Source of the DNA: Stegostoma tigrinum
Lineage: Eukaryota
Direction of reading: 5' to 3'
Assembly: GCF_030684315.1 (NCBI RefSeq)
Contig: NW_026728278.1
Span: forward strand, 62,001 to 126,000
DNA length: 64,000 bases
Shown here: one piece after another, positions 50,531-63,030 of the stretch
How positions within the stretch are numbered: the first letter of the stretch is position 1
Layout of the letters: the number at the start of each line of letters is the position of its first letter
Notes under the pieces: model-generated
The model's database searches: none
What the model saw: the letters and a program-made list of their open reading frames with translations, nothing else
What the model was told of the DNA's origin: nothing
Made by a program: the position numbers and the translations under genes

Positions 50531-51812
50531 TCAGTGGGACACAGGATGCAGGACGGTGATGGAGGGAGAGAGAGATGCAGATGCCAAACAGGATGCATAG
50601 ATTGAGAAAGGAATGAAGAGAAAGGAATGGAGATAGTGAGAAGGGTGGAGAAGGGGATGGAGATCATGAGGATGAATGGAGAGAGAGAGAAATTGAAAGA
50701 GTGAGAAAGGGAGGGAGATAGTAAGAGGGAGAGATAGAGAGAGGAGGAGATAGTGATGGGGGTGGAGTGGTAGAGAGGGATCGAGAGATGGTGGGATAGA
50801 GAGGGAGAGATAGTGAGGGGGATGGAGAGATCTTGAGAATGAGAGGGAGAGTTAGAGGGGGATGGAGAGATAGTGAGGGAGAGAACTGTAGGGACGGGAT
50901 AGAGAGGGAGAGACAGTGAGGGGGCACGGAGAGTGGGAGAGAGTGAAGGGGATGGGGAGATATTGGGAGGGAGTTGGAGAGATAGTGAGAGGGACAGAGA
51001 TTGCGGGGACTGAGAGATATTGGGAGAGAGAACTACAGGGATGGGGTGGAGAGATGTTGGAGGGGGATGGAGGCATAGTGAGAGAGAGAGGGAAAGAGAC
51101 AGACAGAGACAGCTGTAGGGAGGGGATTGGAGAGATAGGGAGGGAGAGAGAAAGATGGGGGTGATGGAGAGAGAGGTACAAGGTGGAGAGATGGAGGGGG
51201 GTGATGGAGGGATAGTGAGAGAGAGGGAGAGACAGCTGTAGGGAGGGAGGGGGAGAGAGAGATGGAGACAGGGTGGAGAGAAGGAGGGGACTGGCATGGA
51301 GGGATAGTGGGAGAGAGAGGGAAAGAGACATCTGTAGGGAGGTGATTGGAGAGGTAGGGAGGGAGAGAGAAAGATGGGGGTGATGGAGAGAGAGGTACAA
51401 GGTGGAGAGATGGAGGGGGGTGATGGAGGGATAGTGAGAGAGAGGGAGAGACAGCTGTAGGGAGGGAGGGGGAGAGAGAGATGGAGACAGGGTGGAGAGA
51501 AGGAGGGGACTGGCATGGAGGGATAGTGGGAGAGAGAGGGAAAGAGACAGCTGTAGGGAGGTGATTGGAGAGGTAGGGAGGGAGAGAGAAACGGGGACAG
51601 GGTGGACAGATGGAGGGATAGTGGGAGAGAGAGCTGTAGAGAGGGGACTGGGGAAATAGGGAGGGAGAGGGGCAGGAGTCACTGAGGCTGCATTGATGCT
51701 GAGCTTGATAGAGCGAGGGAGGGAGGGAAGGAGCGTGGGCAGAGGCCGGGGCGGGGGCAAGAGGGCAGCTTTTGGCTTTTGGGCACTGACTTGCTCCCCT
51801 CCCCTCCCGCAG

Positions 51813-52202
51813 ATACGCAGCCGGAACTGGAGGCCGCTACCACCTCGGACAGTGCCAACCGCACCCTGACGTCCCTAAGCAGCTCGGGCAGGGTGAGGGC
51901 GCGGCTGGGAGCCTCTGCCCAGCTGGAGTGCCGGATGGAGGCGGGCGATGGTGACAGATATGCGGTGCAGTGGGAGACCGCCGGTGGTGGGGTGGTTGTC
52001 TCTCGGGTGGACCAGGGTGAGCCAGCGGCCAACTACCTGAACCCCCGCTACGGGCAGCAGCTGAGCGTCAGCCTCTTGGATGGGACCACGCGCCTCAGTT
52101 TCCACTCGGTGCGCCAGGACGACTTCGGCGAATATGCCTGCAACGTTTGGCTCTCTGGGCACCCTGAGCACACAGTCACTGCGTACACCACGCTGGAGGA
52201 AG
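51813..52202 (+). CDS. Ig V-set domain 2, phase 1-1 exon
   Basis: cccgcag|(D)TQPE...LGASAQLEC...YAVQW...NPRYGQQLSV...LSFHSVRQDDFGEYACNV...LEE G|gtgag. Confidence 0.9.
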
Positions 52203-52249
52203 GTGAGGGATTGGGGGTTTGTCGTTGTGTTGGGGGGGGGGGGGGGTGG

Positions 52250-52730
52250 TCAGGGAGTGGGCGCTGTCGGAGGGTCAGTGCCGAGGGAGCGGGCGCTGTC
52301 AGTGTGGGGGGGCGGTGGTGAGGGAGCAGGCATTGTCGGAGGGTCAGCACTGAGGGAGCGGGCGCTGTCAGTGTGGGGGGGGTGAGGGAGCGGGCGCTGT
52401 CGGAGGGTCAGCGCTGAGGGAGTGGGCGCTGTCGGAGGGTCAGCGCTGAGGGAGCGGGCGCTGTCGGAGGGTCAGCGCTGAGGGAGCGGGCGCTGTCGGA
52501 GTGTCAGCGCTGAGGGAGCGGGCGCTGTCGGAGTGTCAGCGCTGAGGGAGCGGGCGCTGTCGGAGGGTCAGCGCTGAGGGAGCGGGCGCTGTCGGAGGGT
52601 CAGCGCTGAGGGAGCGGGCGCTGTCGGAGGGTCAGCGCTGAGGGAGCGGGCGCTGTCGGAGGGTCAGCGCTGAGGGAGCGGGCGCTGTCGGAGGGTCAGC
52701 GCTGAGGGAGCGGGCGCTGTCGGAGGGTCC
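52250..52730. repeat. 32-bp minisatellite
   Basis: gagggtcagcgctgagggagcgggcgctgtcg. Confidence 0.95.
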
Positions 52731-53186
52731 GCGCCCCTGTGTCTGGGTCACTTTGCTATCACTGGGAGCTCTCTGTGGGTAAATTGAGCGATAACTCTTT
52801 CCCTGACAGCAGTGAGTTCACTGAAAGGTGTAAACACTGCGTTGGCTCGGAGCGAGCTCTCGAGGATGGCGTGGGCTGAGGGCACAGTGCCCCTCGGCAG
52901 GGTCCACTGGACCTTTTCCAGCTGCTGATGCCCATCCCAACACCCTCAGCTGCCACCGGAACTGTGCTCGTTCCACACCATGGCTTCGCTCCGTTTCAAT
53001 ATCATCATGCACTCCCATGCTGACCTTCGTCTTCCCCCCCCCCCTCCCTCTCTCTCTCTCTCTCTCTCCGTCCCCCTCCTCTGTCCGTCCCCCTCCTCTG
53101 TTCCTCCCCCTCCTCTGTGTCCCCCCCCGTCCCCCTCCTCCCCTCACTGTGTCTCTCTGTCTCCCTCCCCTCTCTCTCCCTGCCAG

Positions 53187-53624
53187 AACCCCTCTCTGTC
53201 AGCCCAGTGGTGGAGACCGAGGCCCCCCTGGTGCCCAGTAGCCGTGCCCCGCAGCACCAGACGCCCGGGGCCCGGATCGTGGCCCTCACCACGTCTGGGA
53301 AGGTGACTGCCCGCCTGGGCTCCCCTGCCACCCTGAGCTGCCGGGTCATGGTGGTGAACGCTGAGCCGGAGACCCGGTACCGTCTGGCCTGGTCCTCCCA
53401 ACGCCACCCCAATCTGACACTGGCGCAGATCGACCAGGGGAGGGGGAACGCGGCCTGGGTCCACCCCAGCTACCGGGACCGGCTCAGCCTGACGGCCAAC
53501 GGGGGCTCCAGCCGGCTCCACTTCGGCACCGTCACCGACGAGGACCCCGGCGAGTACGTCTGCAAGGCTGGCATCTCGGGCAGCGGCACCGACGACCTGA
53601 CCTCACCCGTCCTCCTGCTCAAAG
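53187..53624 (+). CDS. Ig V-set domain 3, phase 1-1 exon
   Basis: tgccag|(E)PLSV...LGSPATLSC...YRLAW...HPSYRDRLSL...LHFGTVTDEDPGEYVCKA...LLK G|gtggg. Confidence 0.9.
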
Positions 53625-53844
53625 GTGGGTACGGGGCGCCCCTTTGGGGGTGGGGGGTGGTGGCAGGGGGGATGCCTTGTCGCTTCAGAACTCCCCCCAA
53701 ACCCCACACCCGTCGCCGTCAGAATCCAGATTTATCTGCTCGGCGATGCCCCTGTAGTCAAATAGCTCACCGGTTGGTGATGCCCCTGTCGTCAAATATC
53801 TCACCGATTGGTGATGGCCCTATAGTCAAATAGCTCACTGATTT

Positions 53845-54335
53845 GGAAGTGGAGCCGCAGGTAGACAGGGCGGTGAGGGTGGGGGGGATCGGGACGCTGG
53901 CCTTTATCGGTTGGTGCATTGACTGTAGGAGTCGGGAGGGTTGTGTATTGGTGAGGCTGCTTTGGGAATACCGCGTCCGATCCCGGTCTCCCTGCTACAG
54001 GAAGGATGTTGGGAAAGGGGGACAGGGAGAGGCTGGGGGCTGGGAACGTCGGGAGGGGGGGGGGGGGGTGACCTTACAGAGGTTTATAAAACCCGGAGGG
54101 GCATATATAGGGGGGAGGGGGGTCCGAAACTAGAGGGGCGTGGGTTTAAGGTGGGAGGGGGAAAGGGACCTGAGGGGCAGCGTTTTCACGCAGAGGGTGG
54201 TGCGTGTGTGGGACGAGGAAGTGGGTGGGGGGGGGCTGGTAACATTTGAAAGGATGGGGGCCAAACGCTGGCAGATGGGACTGGACTAGTTCAGGGTCAG
54301 CATGGATGGGTTGGGCCGAAGGGTCTGAAACTGTA
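53845..54335 (+). mobile_element. Degenerate CR1 3' fragment
   Basis: Remnants of QVDRAV..LAFI, ttttcacgcagagggtggtgcgtg, gggccgaagggtctg. Confidence 0.7.
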
Positions 54336-54517
54336 AATGTGTTGAAGGGATGTGGGCCACACGTCAGACGGAAGCGGGTGAGAGGGCAGAACTGTCTCTG
54401 TTTACCACAGCAGCGGCCAGCAGCGTGCGAGCTGACGGTCAGACTCCAGGGGGGGAGGGAGGCGGTGACCATGTCTCCACGCAGCCCCATCTAACCGCCG
54501 TGTCTGTCGTCGCCTCC

Positions 54518-55580
54518 TGCTCTCTCTCGCTCACGCCCTCTCTCTCTCGCGCTCTCACTCTCTCTGTCTGTCTCTCTCGCGTGCTCTCTCTCGGTCTCTC
54601 TCTCGGTCTCTCTCTCGGTCTCTCTCGCGTGCTCTCTCTCGGTCTCTCTCTCGGTCTCTCTCTCGGTCTCTCTCTCGGTCTCTCTCTCGGTCTCTCTCTC
54701 GCGCTCTCTCTCGCGCTCTCTCTCGCGCTCTCTCTCGCGCTCTCTCTCGCGCTCTCTCTCGCGCTCTCTCTCGCGCTCTCTCTCTGTGTCTCTCTCTCGC
54801 GCTCTCTCTCTGTGTCTCTCTCTCGCGCTCTCGCTCTGTGTCTCGCTCTCGCGCTCTCGCTCTGTGTCTCGCTCTCGCGCTCTCGCTCTGTGTCTCGCTC
54901 TCGCGCTCTCGCTCTGTGTCTCGCTCTCGCGCTCTCGCTCTGTGTCTCGCTCTCGCGCTCTCGCTCTGTGTCTCGCTCTCGCGCTCTCGCTCTGTGTCTC
55001 GCTCTCGCGCTCTCGCTCTGTGTCTCTCTCTCGCGCCCTCGCTCTGTGTCTCTCTCTTGCTCTGTCTCTCGCTCTGTGTCTCTCTCGCGCTCTCTTTCGC
55101 TCTCGCGCTCTCTCTCGCGCTCTCTCTCTCTTGCGCTCTCGCTCTTTCTCTCTCTCTCTCTCTGTGTGTCTCTCTCTCGCGCTCTCTCTGTCTCTCTCTC
55201 GCGCTCTCTCTGTCTCTCTCTCGCGCTCTCTCTGTCTCTCTCTCGCGCTCTCTCTGTCTCTCTCTCGCGCTCTCTCTCGCGCTCTCTCTGTCTCTCGCTC
55301 TCTCTCGCGCTCTCTCTGTCTCTCTCTCGCGCTCTCTCTGTCTCTCTCTCGCGCTCTCTCTGTCTCTCTCTCGCGCTCTCTCTGTCTCTCTCTCGCGCTC
55401 TCTCTGTGTCTCTCTCGCGCTCTCTCTGTGTCTCTCTCGCGCTCTCTCTGTGTCTCGCTCGCGCTCTCTCTGTGTCTCTCTCGCGCTTTCTCTCCCTCAC
55501 GCGCGCGCGCCTCTCTCTCTGTCTCGTGCGCTCTCTCTCGCGCGCGCGCTCTCTCTCTCACACTCACTCTCTCTCTCTCG
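54518..55580. repeat. (CT)n-CGCG compound microsatellite
   Basis: Direct inspection; merges with the TM exon acceptor. Confidence 0.95.
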
Positions 55581-55594
55581 CCCCTCTCCTGCAG

Positions 55595-55703
55595 CCAAAC
55601 CGAGGATTCTGCCAGCCTCATCAGAAACTGCGATCCTGTGGCTCATCCTGCATTTCTTTGTCATCCTGTTTGCAATGACCATTGGAATTGGCTCCTGCTT
55701 TCT
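55595..55703 (+). CDS. Transmembrane exon of the Ig V protein
   Basis: cctgcag|(A)KPRILPASSETAILWLILHFFVILFAMTIGIGSCF CT|gtgagt; about 24-aa hydrophobic helix; phase 1 start, phase 2 end. Confidence 0.8.
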
Positions 55704-55809
55704 GTGAGTAAAATCCGTAGAGATGCAGGTGGCTGGTCAGAACGAGGGGGGGAACACTGCCCGCGACACCCCCCCCCCCCGCCAAAACCCACCACATGAC
55801 ACAAGGTCC

Positions 55810-58135
55810 CACTCTACACCGACCCCATGGACCCCAAACCCCTTCCCCGTTCACTCCCGCTCTACACCGTCCCCATGGACCCAAAACCCCTTCCCCGTTC
55901 ACTCCCGCTCTACACCGTCCCCATGGACCCAAACCCCTTCCCCGTTCACTCCCGCTTTACACCGTCCCCCTGGACCCCAAACCCCTTCCCCGTTCACTCC
56001 CGCACTACACCGTCCCCATGGACCCAAACCCCTTCCCCGTTCACTCCCGCTCTACACCGTCCCCATGGACCCAAACCCCTTCCCCGTTCACTCCCGCACT
56101 ACACCGTCCCCATGGACCCAAACCCCTTCCCCGTTCACTCCCGCTCTACACCGTCCCCATGGACCCAAACCCCTTCCCGTTCACTCCCGCTCTACACCGT
56201 CCCCATGGACCCCAAACCCCTTCCCCGTTCACTCCCGCTCTACACCGTCCCCATGGACCCCAAACCCCTTCCCCGTTCACTCCCGCTCTACACCGTCCCC
56301 ATGGACCCCAAACCCCTTCCCGTTCACTCCCGCTCTACACCGTCCCACGGACCCCAAACCCCTTCCCGTTCACTCCCGCACTACACCGTCCCCATGGACC
56401 CAAACCCCTTCCCCGTTCACTCCCGCTCTACACCGTCCCCATGGACCCAAACCCCCTTCCCCGTTCACTCCCGCTCTACACCGTCCCCATGGACCCCAAA
56501 CCCCTTCCCCGTTCACTCCCGCTCTAAACCGTCTCCATGGACCCAAACCCCTTCCCCGTTCACTCCCGCTCTACACAGTCCCCATGGACCCAAACCCCTT
56601 CCCCGTTCACTCCCGCTCTAAACCGTCCCCATGGACCCAAACCCCTTCCCAGTTCACTCCCGCTCTACACCGTCCCCATGGACCCCAAACCCCTTCCCCG
56701 TTCACTCCCGCTCTAAACCGTCCCCATGGACCCCAAACCCCTTCCCCGTTCACTCCCGCTCTACACCGTCCCCATGGACCCAAACCCCTTCCCAGTTCAC
56801 TCCCGCTCTACACAGTCCCCATGGACCCCAAACCCCTTCCCCGTTCACTCCCGCTCTACACTGTCCCCATGGACCCGAAACCCTTCCCCATTCACTCCCA
56901 CTCTACACCGTCCCCATGGACGCCAAACCCCTTCCCCGTTCACTCCCGCTCTACACTGTCCCCATGGACCCGAAACCCTTCCCCGTTCACTCCCACTCTA
57001 CACTGTCCCCATGGACCCCAAACCCCTTCCCCGTTCACTCCCGCTCTACACTGTCCCCATGGACCCCAAACCCCTTCCCCGTTCACTCCCACTCTACACT
57101 GTCCCCATGGACCCCAAACCCCTTCCCCGTTCACTCCCGCTCTACACTGTCCCCATGGACCCCAAACCCCTTCCCCGTTCACTCCCACTCTACACTGTCC
57201 CCATGGACCCCAAACCCCTTCCCCGTTCACTCCCGCTCTACACTGTCCCCATGGACCCCAAACCCCTTCCCCGTTCGCTCCCGCTCTACACCGTCGCCAT
57301 GGACCTGAATCCCATCCCTGTTCAATCCTGCTCTACACTGTCCCCATGGACCCCAAACCCCTTCCCCGTTCACTCCCGCTCTACACCGTCCCCATGCATC
57401 CAAACCCCTTTCCCGTTCACACCCGCTCTACACCGTCGCCATGGACCCAAATCACATCCCCGTTCAATCCTTACACTGTCCCCAGGGACCCCAAACCCCT
57501 TCCCCGTTCACTCCCGCTCTACACCGTCCCCATGGACCCAAATCCCATCCCCGTTCACTCCCGCTCTATACCATCCTCATGGACCCAAACCCCTTCCCCG
57601 TTCGCTCCCGCACTACACCGTCCCCATGGACCCCAAACCCCTTCCCGGTTCACTCCCGCTCTACACCGTCCCCATGGACCCGAAACCCTTCCCCGTTCAC
57701 TCCCGTTCTACACCGTCCCCATGGACCCCAAACCCCTTCCCGTTCACTCCCGCTTTACACGGTCCCCATGGACGCCAAACCGCTTCCCCCTTCACTCCCG
57801 CTCTACACTGTCCCCGTGGACCCGAAACCCTTCCCTGTTCACTCCCGCTCTACACTGTCCCCATGGACCCCAAACCCCTTCGCCGTTCACTCCCGCTCTA
57901 CACCGTCCCCACGGACCCCAAACCCCTTCCCCGTTCACTCCCGCTCTACACGGTCCCCATGGACGCCAAACCCCTTCCCCGTTCACTCCCGCTCTACACC
58001 GTCCCCATGGACCCCAAACCCCTTCCCCGTTCACTCCCGCTCTACACCGTCCCCATGGACCCCAAACCCCTTCCCCGTTCACTCCCGCTCTACACCGTCC
58101 CCATGGACCCCAAACCCCTTTCCCGTTCACTCCCT
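55810..58135. repeat. 47-48-bp minisatellite
   Basis: ctctacaccgtccccatggaccccaaaccccttccccgttcactcccg. Confidence 0.97.
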
Positions 58136-58595
58136 ATGTGGTCCTTCTCCAGGAGTGTTTCACTGGGAACAGTATAAAGAGGGAGCTTTACCCTGTATCT
58201 AACCCCGTGCTGTCACTGTCCCTGAGAGTGTTTGATGGGGCAGACAGTGCAGTGGGAGCCTTACCCTGTATCTAACCCCCTCGTGTTGAGTGTGTTTGAT
58301 GTGGGAGCTGGGGAGACGGTGTGTAGAGAGAGCCGTACCCTGTATCTAACCCCCTCGCATTGGACGTGTTTGATGTGGGGGAGGGAACAGTGTAGGGGGA
58401 GCCGTAACCTGTATCTAACCCCTCATGTTGGGATTGTTTGATGTGGGGGGGAGGGGGGGGGACAGTGTAGAGGGAGCCGTACCATGTGCCTAGCCCTCTC
58501 GCGCTGGGCGAGTTCGACAGGGAACGGAGTTGGGGTGAGGTGTGGAAGGTGGCGGTGAGCCGGACTGAAAGCTGTCGATCTCTTCTCCCCGACAG

Positions 58596-58635
58596 GTCAG
58601 GAACGAAGAATCGAATCCTGCCAGAGCACGTGTGA
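58596..58635 (+). CDS. Cytoplasmic tail / last exon of the Ig V protein
   Basis: ctccccgacag|G TCA GGA...CAC GTG TGA gives (L)SGTKNRILPEHV*; phase 2 fits; AATAAA at 58792. Confidence 0.6.
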
Positions 58636-58791
58636 AGTGCCCAGCGCTGGGAGGGGTTGGTGGGGCGGGGTGGCAGTGTTTTTGGGGGCGGGCGGGGGGT
58701 GTACCGCAGACTCGCCTGAGCCGGAAATGGATGTTTGTTTTGTGATTTTGTCTTTTTTTTTAACAAGAAAATAGCCAAAGTACTTAGTCGT

Positions 58792-58797
58792 AATAAA
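58792..58797 (+). terminator. Polyadenylation signal of the Ig V gene
   Basis: AATAAA, then ATTAAA at about 58808 and GT-rich sequence; U-rich tract upstream. Confidence 0.55.
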
Positions 58798-59240
58798 GAG
58801 TGGAACCATTAAAACGTTGCTGCATGTGTGAGATTAATGTTTGGGGTCTGGCGCTGGGAGGGAACGGCTCAGGTGAAGGGAATGGATGCGGCTGAGTGTG
58901 CGGACCAGGACCCCTCTCCCTCTCGGGGTGAGGGCCGAGGTGTGCTCTTGCCCCAGGAAGCCACTCGATGCTTCAGCGAGAAGGTACAGCCCTTCGCTCG
59001 GGAGTGCCACGGGTCGAAGAGGGTCTTTGAGGCCCTTTGCTTGCATGAGGCTGTGGGTAGTGCGGACGGGGTTGTGGTGTGGGGAGGGCGGACGTTGGGG
59101 GTCAACGGATGGTTTTCTGCGAAGCTACATTCGCAGCTAGCTGAATCCCTACAGTGGGGAAGTAGGCCATTCAGTCCATCAGGTCCAGCCCAGAGAACAT
59201 CCCAGCCAGCACCCCTTATCCCTGTAACCGCGCATTCCCC

Positions 59241-61084
59241 ATGGCCAATCCACCCTAACCGGCACATCCCTGGGTACTACGGGACAATTTAGCACGGCCA
59301 ATCCCACCCTAACCCACACATCCCTGGGCACTACGGGACAATTTAGCACGGCCAATCCACCCTAACCCGCACATCCCTGGGTACTACAGGACAATTTAGC
59401 ACAGCCAATCCCACCCTAACCTTCACGTCCCTGGGCACTACGGGACAATTTAGCACGGCCAATCCACCCTAACCCACACATCCCTGGGTACTACGGGACA
59501 ATTTAGCACGGCCAATCCCACCCTAACCCACACATCCCTGGGCACTACGGGACAATTTAGCACGGCTAATCCACCCTAACCCGCACATCCCTGGGCACTA
59601 CGGGACAATTTAGCACGGCCAATCCACCCTAACCCGCACATCCCTGGGTACTACGGGACAATTTAGCACGGCCAATCCCACCCTAACCCACACATCCCTG
59701 GGCACTACGGGACAATTTAGCACGGCTAATCCACCCTAACCCGCACATCCCTGGGCACTACGGGACTATTTAGCACAGCCAATCCCACCCTAACCTGCAC
59801 ATCCCTGGGTACTACGGGACAATTTAGCACGGCCAATCCCACCCTAACCCGCATATCCCTGGGTACTACGGGACTATTTAGCACGGCCAATCCCACCCTA
59901 ACCTGCACATCCCTGGGCACTACGGGACAATTTAGCACGGCCAATCCACCCTAACCCGCACATCCCTGGGTACTACAGGACAATTTAGCACAGCCAATCC
60001 ACCCTAACCCGCACATCCCTGGGGGCACTACGGGACAATTTAGCATGGCCAATCCCACCCTAACCCGCACATCCCTGGGCACTATGGGATAATTTAGCAC
60101 GGCCAATCCCACCCTAACCCGCACGTCCCTGGGTACTACAGGACAATTTAGCACGGCCAATCCACCCTAACCCGCACGTCCCTGGGCACTACGGGACAAT
60201 TTAGCACGGCCAATCCCACCCTAACCCGCACATCCCTGGGTACTTCGGGACAATTTAGCGCGGCCAATCCACCCTAACCCGCACGTCCCTGGGCACTACG
60301 GGACAATTTAGCACGGCCAATCCACCCTAACCCGCACGTCCCTGGGCACTACGGGACAATTTAGCACGGCCAATCCCACCCTAACCCGCACATCCCTGGG
60401 TACTACAGGACAATTTAGCACGGCCAATCCACCCTAACCCGCACGTCCCTGGGCACTACGGGACAATTTAGCACGGCCAATCCCACCCTAACCCGCACAT
60501 CCCTGGGTACTTCGGGACAATTTAGCGCGGCCAATCCCACCCTAACCCGCTCATCCCTGGACACTACGGGACAATTTAGCACGGCCAGTCCCACCCTAAC
60601 CCGCATATCCCTGGGCACTACGGGACAATTTAGCACGGCCAATCCCACCCTAACCCGCATATCCCTGGGTACTACGGGACTATTTAGCACGGCCAATCCC
60701 ACCCTAACCCGCACATCCCTGGACACTACGGGACAATTTAGCACGGCCAATCCCACCCTAACCCACACATCCCTGGGCACTACGGGTCAATTTAGCACGG
60801 CCAATCCCACCCTAACCCGCACATCCCTGGGCACTACGGGACAATTTAGCACGGCCAGTCCCACCCTAACCCGCACATCCCTGGGCACTACGGGACAATT
60901 TAGCACGGCCAATCCCACCCTAACCCGCACATCCCTGGGCACTACGGGTCAATTTAGCACGGCCAATCCCACCCTAACCCGCACATCCCTGGGCACTACG
61001 GGACAATTTAGCACGGCCAATCCCACCCTAACCCACACATCCCTGGGCACTACGGGTCAATTTAGCACGGCCAATCCCACCCTA
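59241..61084 (-). repeat. 52-53-bp SINE-derived minisatellite, about 35 units
   Basis: ggccaatcccaccctaacccgcacatccctgggcactacgggacaatttagcac; SINE/CR1-type tail at 59140-59240. Confidence 0.9.
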
Positions 61085-61699
61085 GAGCAGTTGCCATACC
61101 AAGCTGTTATGCGTCCGAATAGGACACTTTGTGCAGTGCCACTGTCTGAAATAATTGGCCGGACACTTTGTGGACCTTCTGAATTTCTTCAGCCTCCTGA
61201 CGAAGTCCAAGGCCTAAGGGCTGTTTCCTTTACCGCAGCGCCGATGTGGATGGACCGACGTTGAACATAGGTAATATTTCCTGCTGGGAAGTCGAACCTG
61301 CGGACCTCAGCTCTGTCGTTACGCAGTGACCAGCTCTGGACGGGATTGGGGTTGGGGGTTGGGGGTTGGAGGTGGGGTAGAGACTGTGCCCTTCTCAGCG
61401 CGCCGCCCTGCGCTCCGTCCAGGCTCCGAGAGCGGAAACCGCGGAGCCAGGCCCCCATCTAATTGGGCTGGCGGTGAAAGGGCTGAACCGCCTCCGGCTC
61501 TGCCTTTTGCTCAGTTTTCGCACCAACCCTCTCGGGGATGCTACAGGAGGGGCTGGGCCCTGCCCCTGGGCCCCCAGGCCCATAGGAAGGGGCGCTACCC
61601 AACCATGAGTCCTGTCTCAGTGTGTGCGTGTTCAGGTGGAATATAAATAGTCGGCCAAATATTTATGGTAGGAACGGGATGGTCGTCTTTAAGGTGCGA

Positions 61700-61871
61700 G
61701 CCCACCTATTGTCCCGCCCATCGAGGACACGCCCCCTTGCATTCCCATGGTCTATTGGTCGCGTGTCGGGGCCCCACCTCCCGATTGGCTCGCATCGCCG
61801 TCACTCCGCAGGAAGGACGGGGGGGCGGGGATAATTAAAGGGGAAGTCGCCGTCTCCCGCTGAGGGTGAAG
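61700..61871 (+). promoter_or_regulatory. NDUFB11 proximal promoter
   Basis: Two ATTGG boxes, GGGGCGGGG GC box, YY1-like AAGATGGCGGC overlapping the ATG. Confidence 0.6.
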
Positions 61872-62072
61872 ATGGCGGCGCTGATTCGGTCGGTGCTGAG
61901 GCCCGTTCCTCGGTGCGTCCTTCTGCGAGGGTCCGGGGCCCACCCCGGCTCCCGGAGGGCCGTCTCTAACAGCGGCCCCGACTCGGCCTCGGGTACGGCC
62001 CTGGCCGGGTCCACGGACCTGCCGCCCGGGTACGTGGGCGCGGAGCAGCCGGAGGTCAACCTGTACGACCAG
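61872..62072 (+). CDS. NDUFB11: NDUFB11 exon 1 (mitochondrial targeting peptide)
   Basis: aagATGGCGGCG; Arg-rich presequence MAALIRSVLRPVPR...PEVNLYDQ|gtaagg; compare human ENLYEK. Confidence 0.88.
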
Positions 62073-62134
62073 GTAAGGGGGGGGGGCTAGACCGGGGAAC
62101 CGCCAAAAAATGACCATTAATCGGCTAAATTCAC

Positions 62135-63030
62135 CTTAAAAACCAATAAAATCATCTTTAAACTCGTGAAAACATCCTAAAATCACCCTGAAAACCAATA
62201 AAATCATCTTTAAACTCGTGAAAACATCCTAAAATCACCCTGAAAACCAATAAAATCATCTTTAAACTCGTGAAAACATCCTAAAATCACCCTGAAAACC
62301 AATAAAATCATCTTTAAACTACTGACATCACCCCCAAAATAATAAAATCATCTCTAAACAGCTAAATTCATGTTTAAAAACAGCTGAAATCACGGTTAAA
62401 GCTGTAAAATAATCTTTTAAACAGCTGAAATCACCCCAAAAATGATAAAAATCATATGTAAACAGCTGAAACAATCTTAAAAACAGCTGAAATCACAGTC
62501 TATAGAGTGAAATAACTTGTAAACAGCTGAAATCACCCAAAACACAATGAAATCATGTTTAAACTACTGAAACCATCCGGAAAACAGCTACCATTTCCTG
62601 AAAAACCAATAAAATCACGCTCAAATGATTGAAATCAACCTTAAAAACCAATAAAATCATATTTAAACAGCTAAAATCATGCTGAAAAACTAATACCAGC
62701 AACCAGTAAACAGCTACAATTACCTATAAACAGCTGAAGTCAGCCTGACCTTAGCTGTTTAAATATGATTTCAACAGTTTATAACAAGATTTTAGCTATT
62801 AATAAGCCGTCAACAGCCAAAATCTCCCTAAAAAACACTAAAATCATGTTTAAAATCATCTCAAGCCTGCATGAATGAAAAGAAATCAGCTTAAATCACT
62901 CACAACATTTAGAATTATCCTATATTAAAAAAAATCATTTCAGAAGCCTGTATGAGTTTTAGTGAAGAAAATAACCCAAAACTAAAGATACAAAATCATC
63001 CTGAAAGACTTCCATTTCACCTCAAAACCT
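62135..63030. repeat. AT-rich 52-bp repeat (3+ perfect copies) decaying into related motifs
   Basis: aaaaccaataaaatcatctttaaactcgtgaaaacatcctaaaatcaccctg. Confidence 0.85.

Noticed and set aside
45223-53624. Rearranging Ig/TCR/IgNAR V segments
   Set aside because: V2 and V3 end in splice donors with their own G strand; no RSS, J or C segments seen; one shared leader and TM.
55723-58275. 850-aa mucin-like ORF as cytoplasmic tail of the Ig gene
   Set aside because: 48-bp repeat translation; the TM exon has a strong donor at 55704 and an in-phase terminal exon at 58596.
59241-61084. Interstitial telomere
   Set aside because: Only one CCCTAA per 52-53-bp unit, not tandem TTAGGG.
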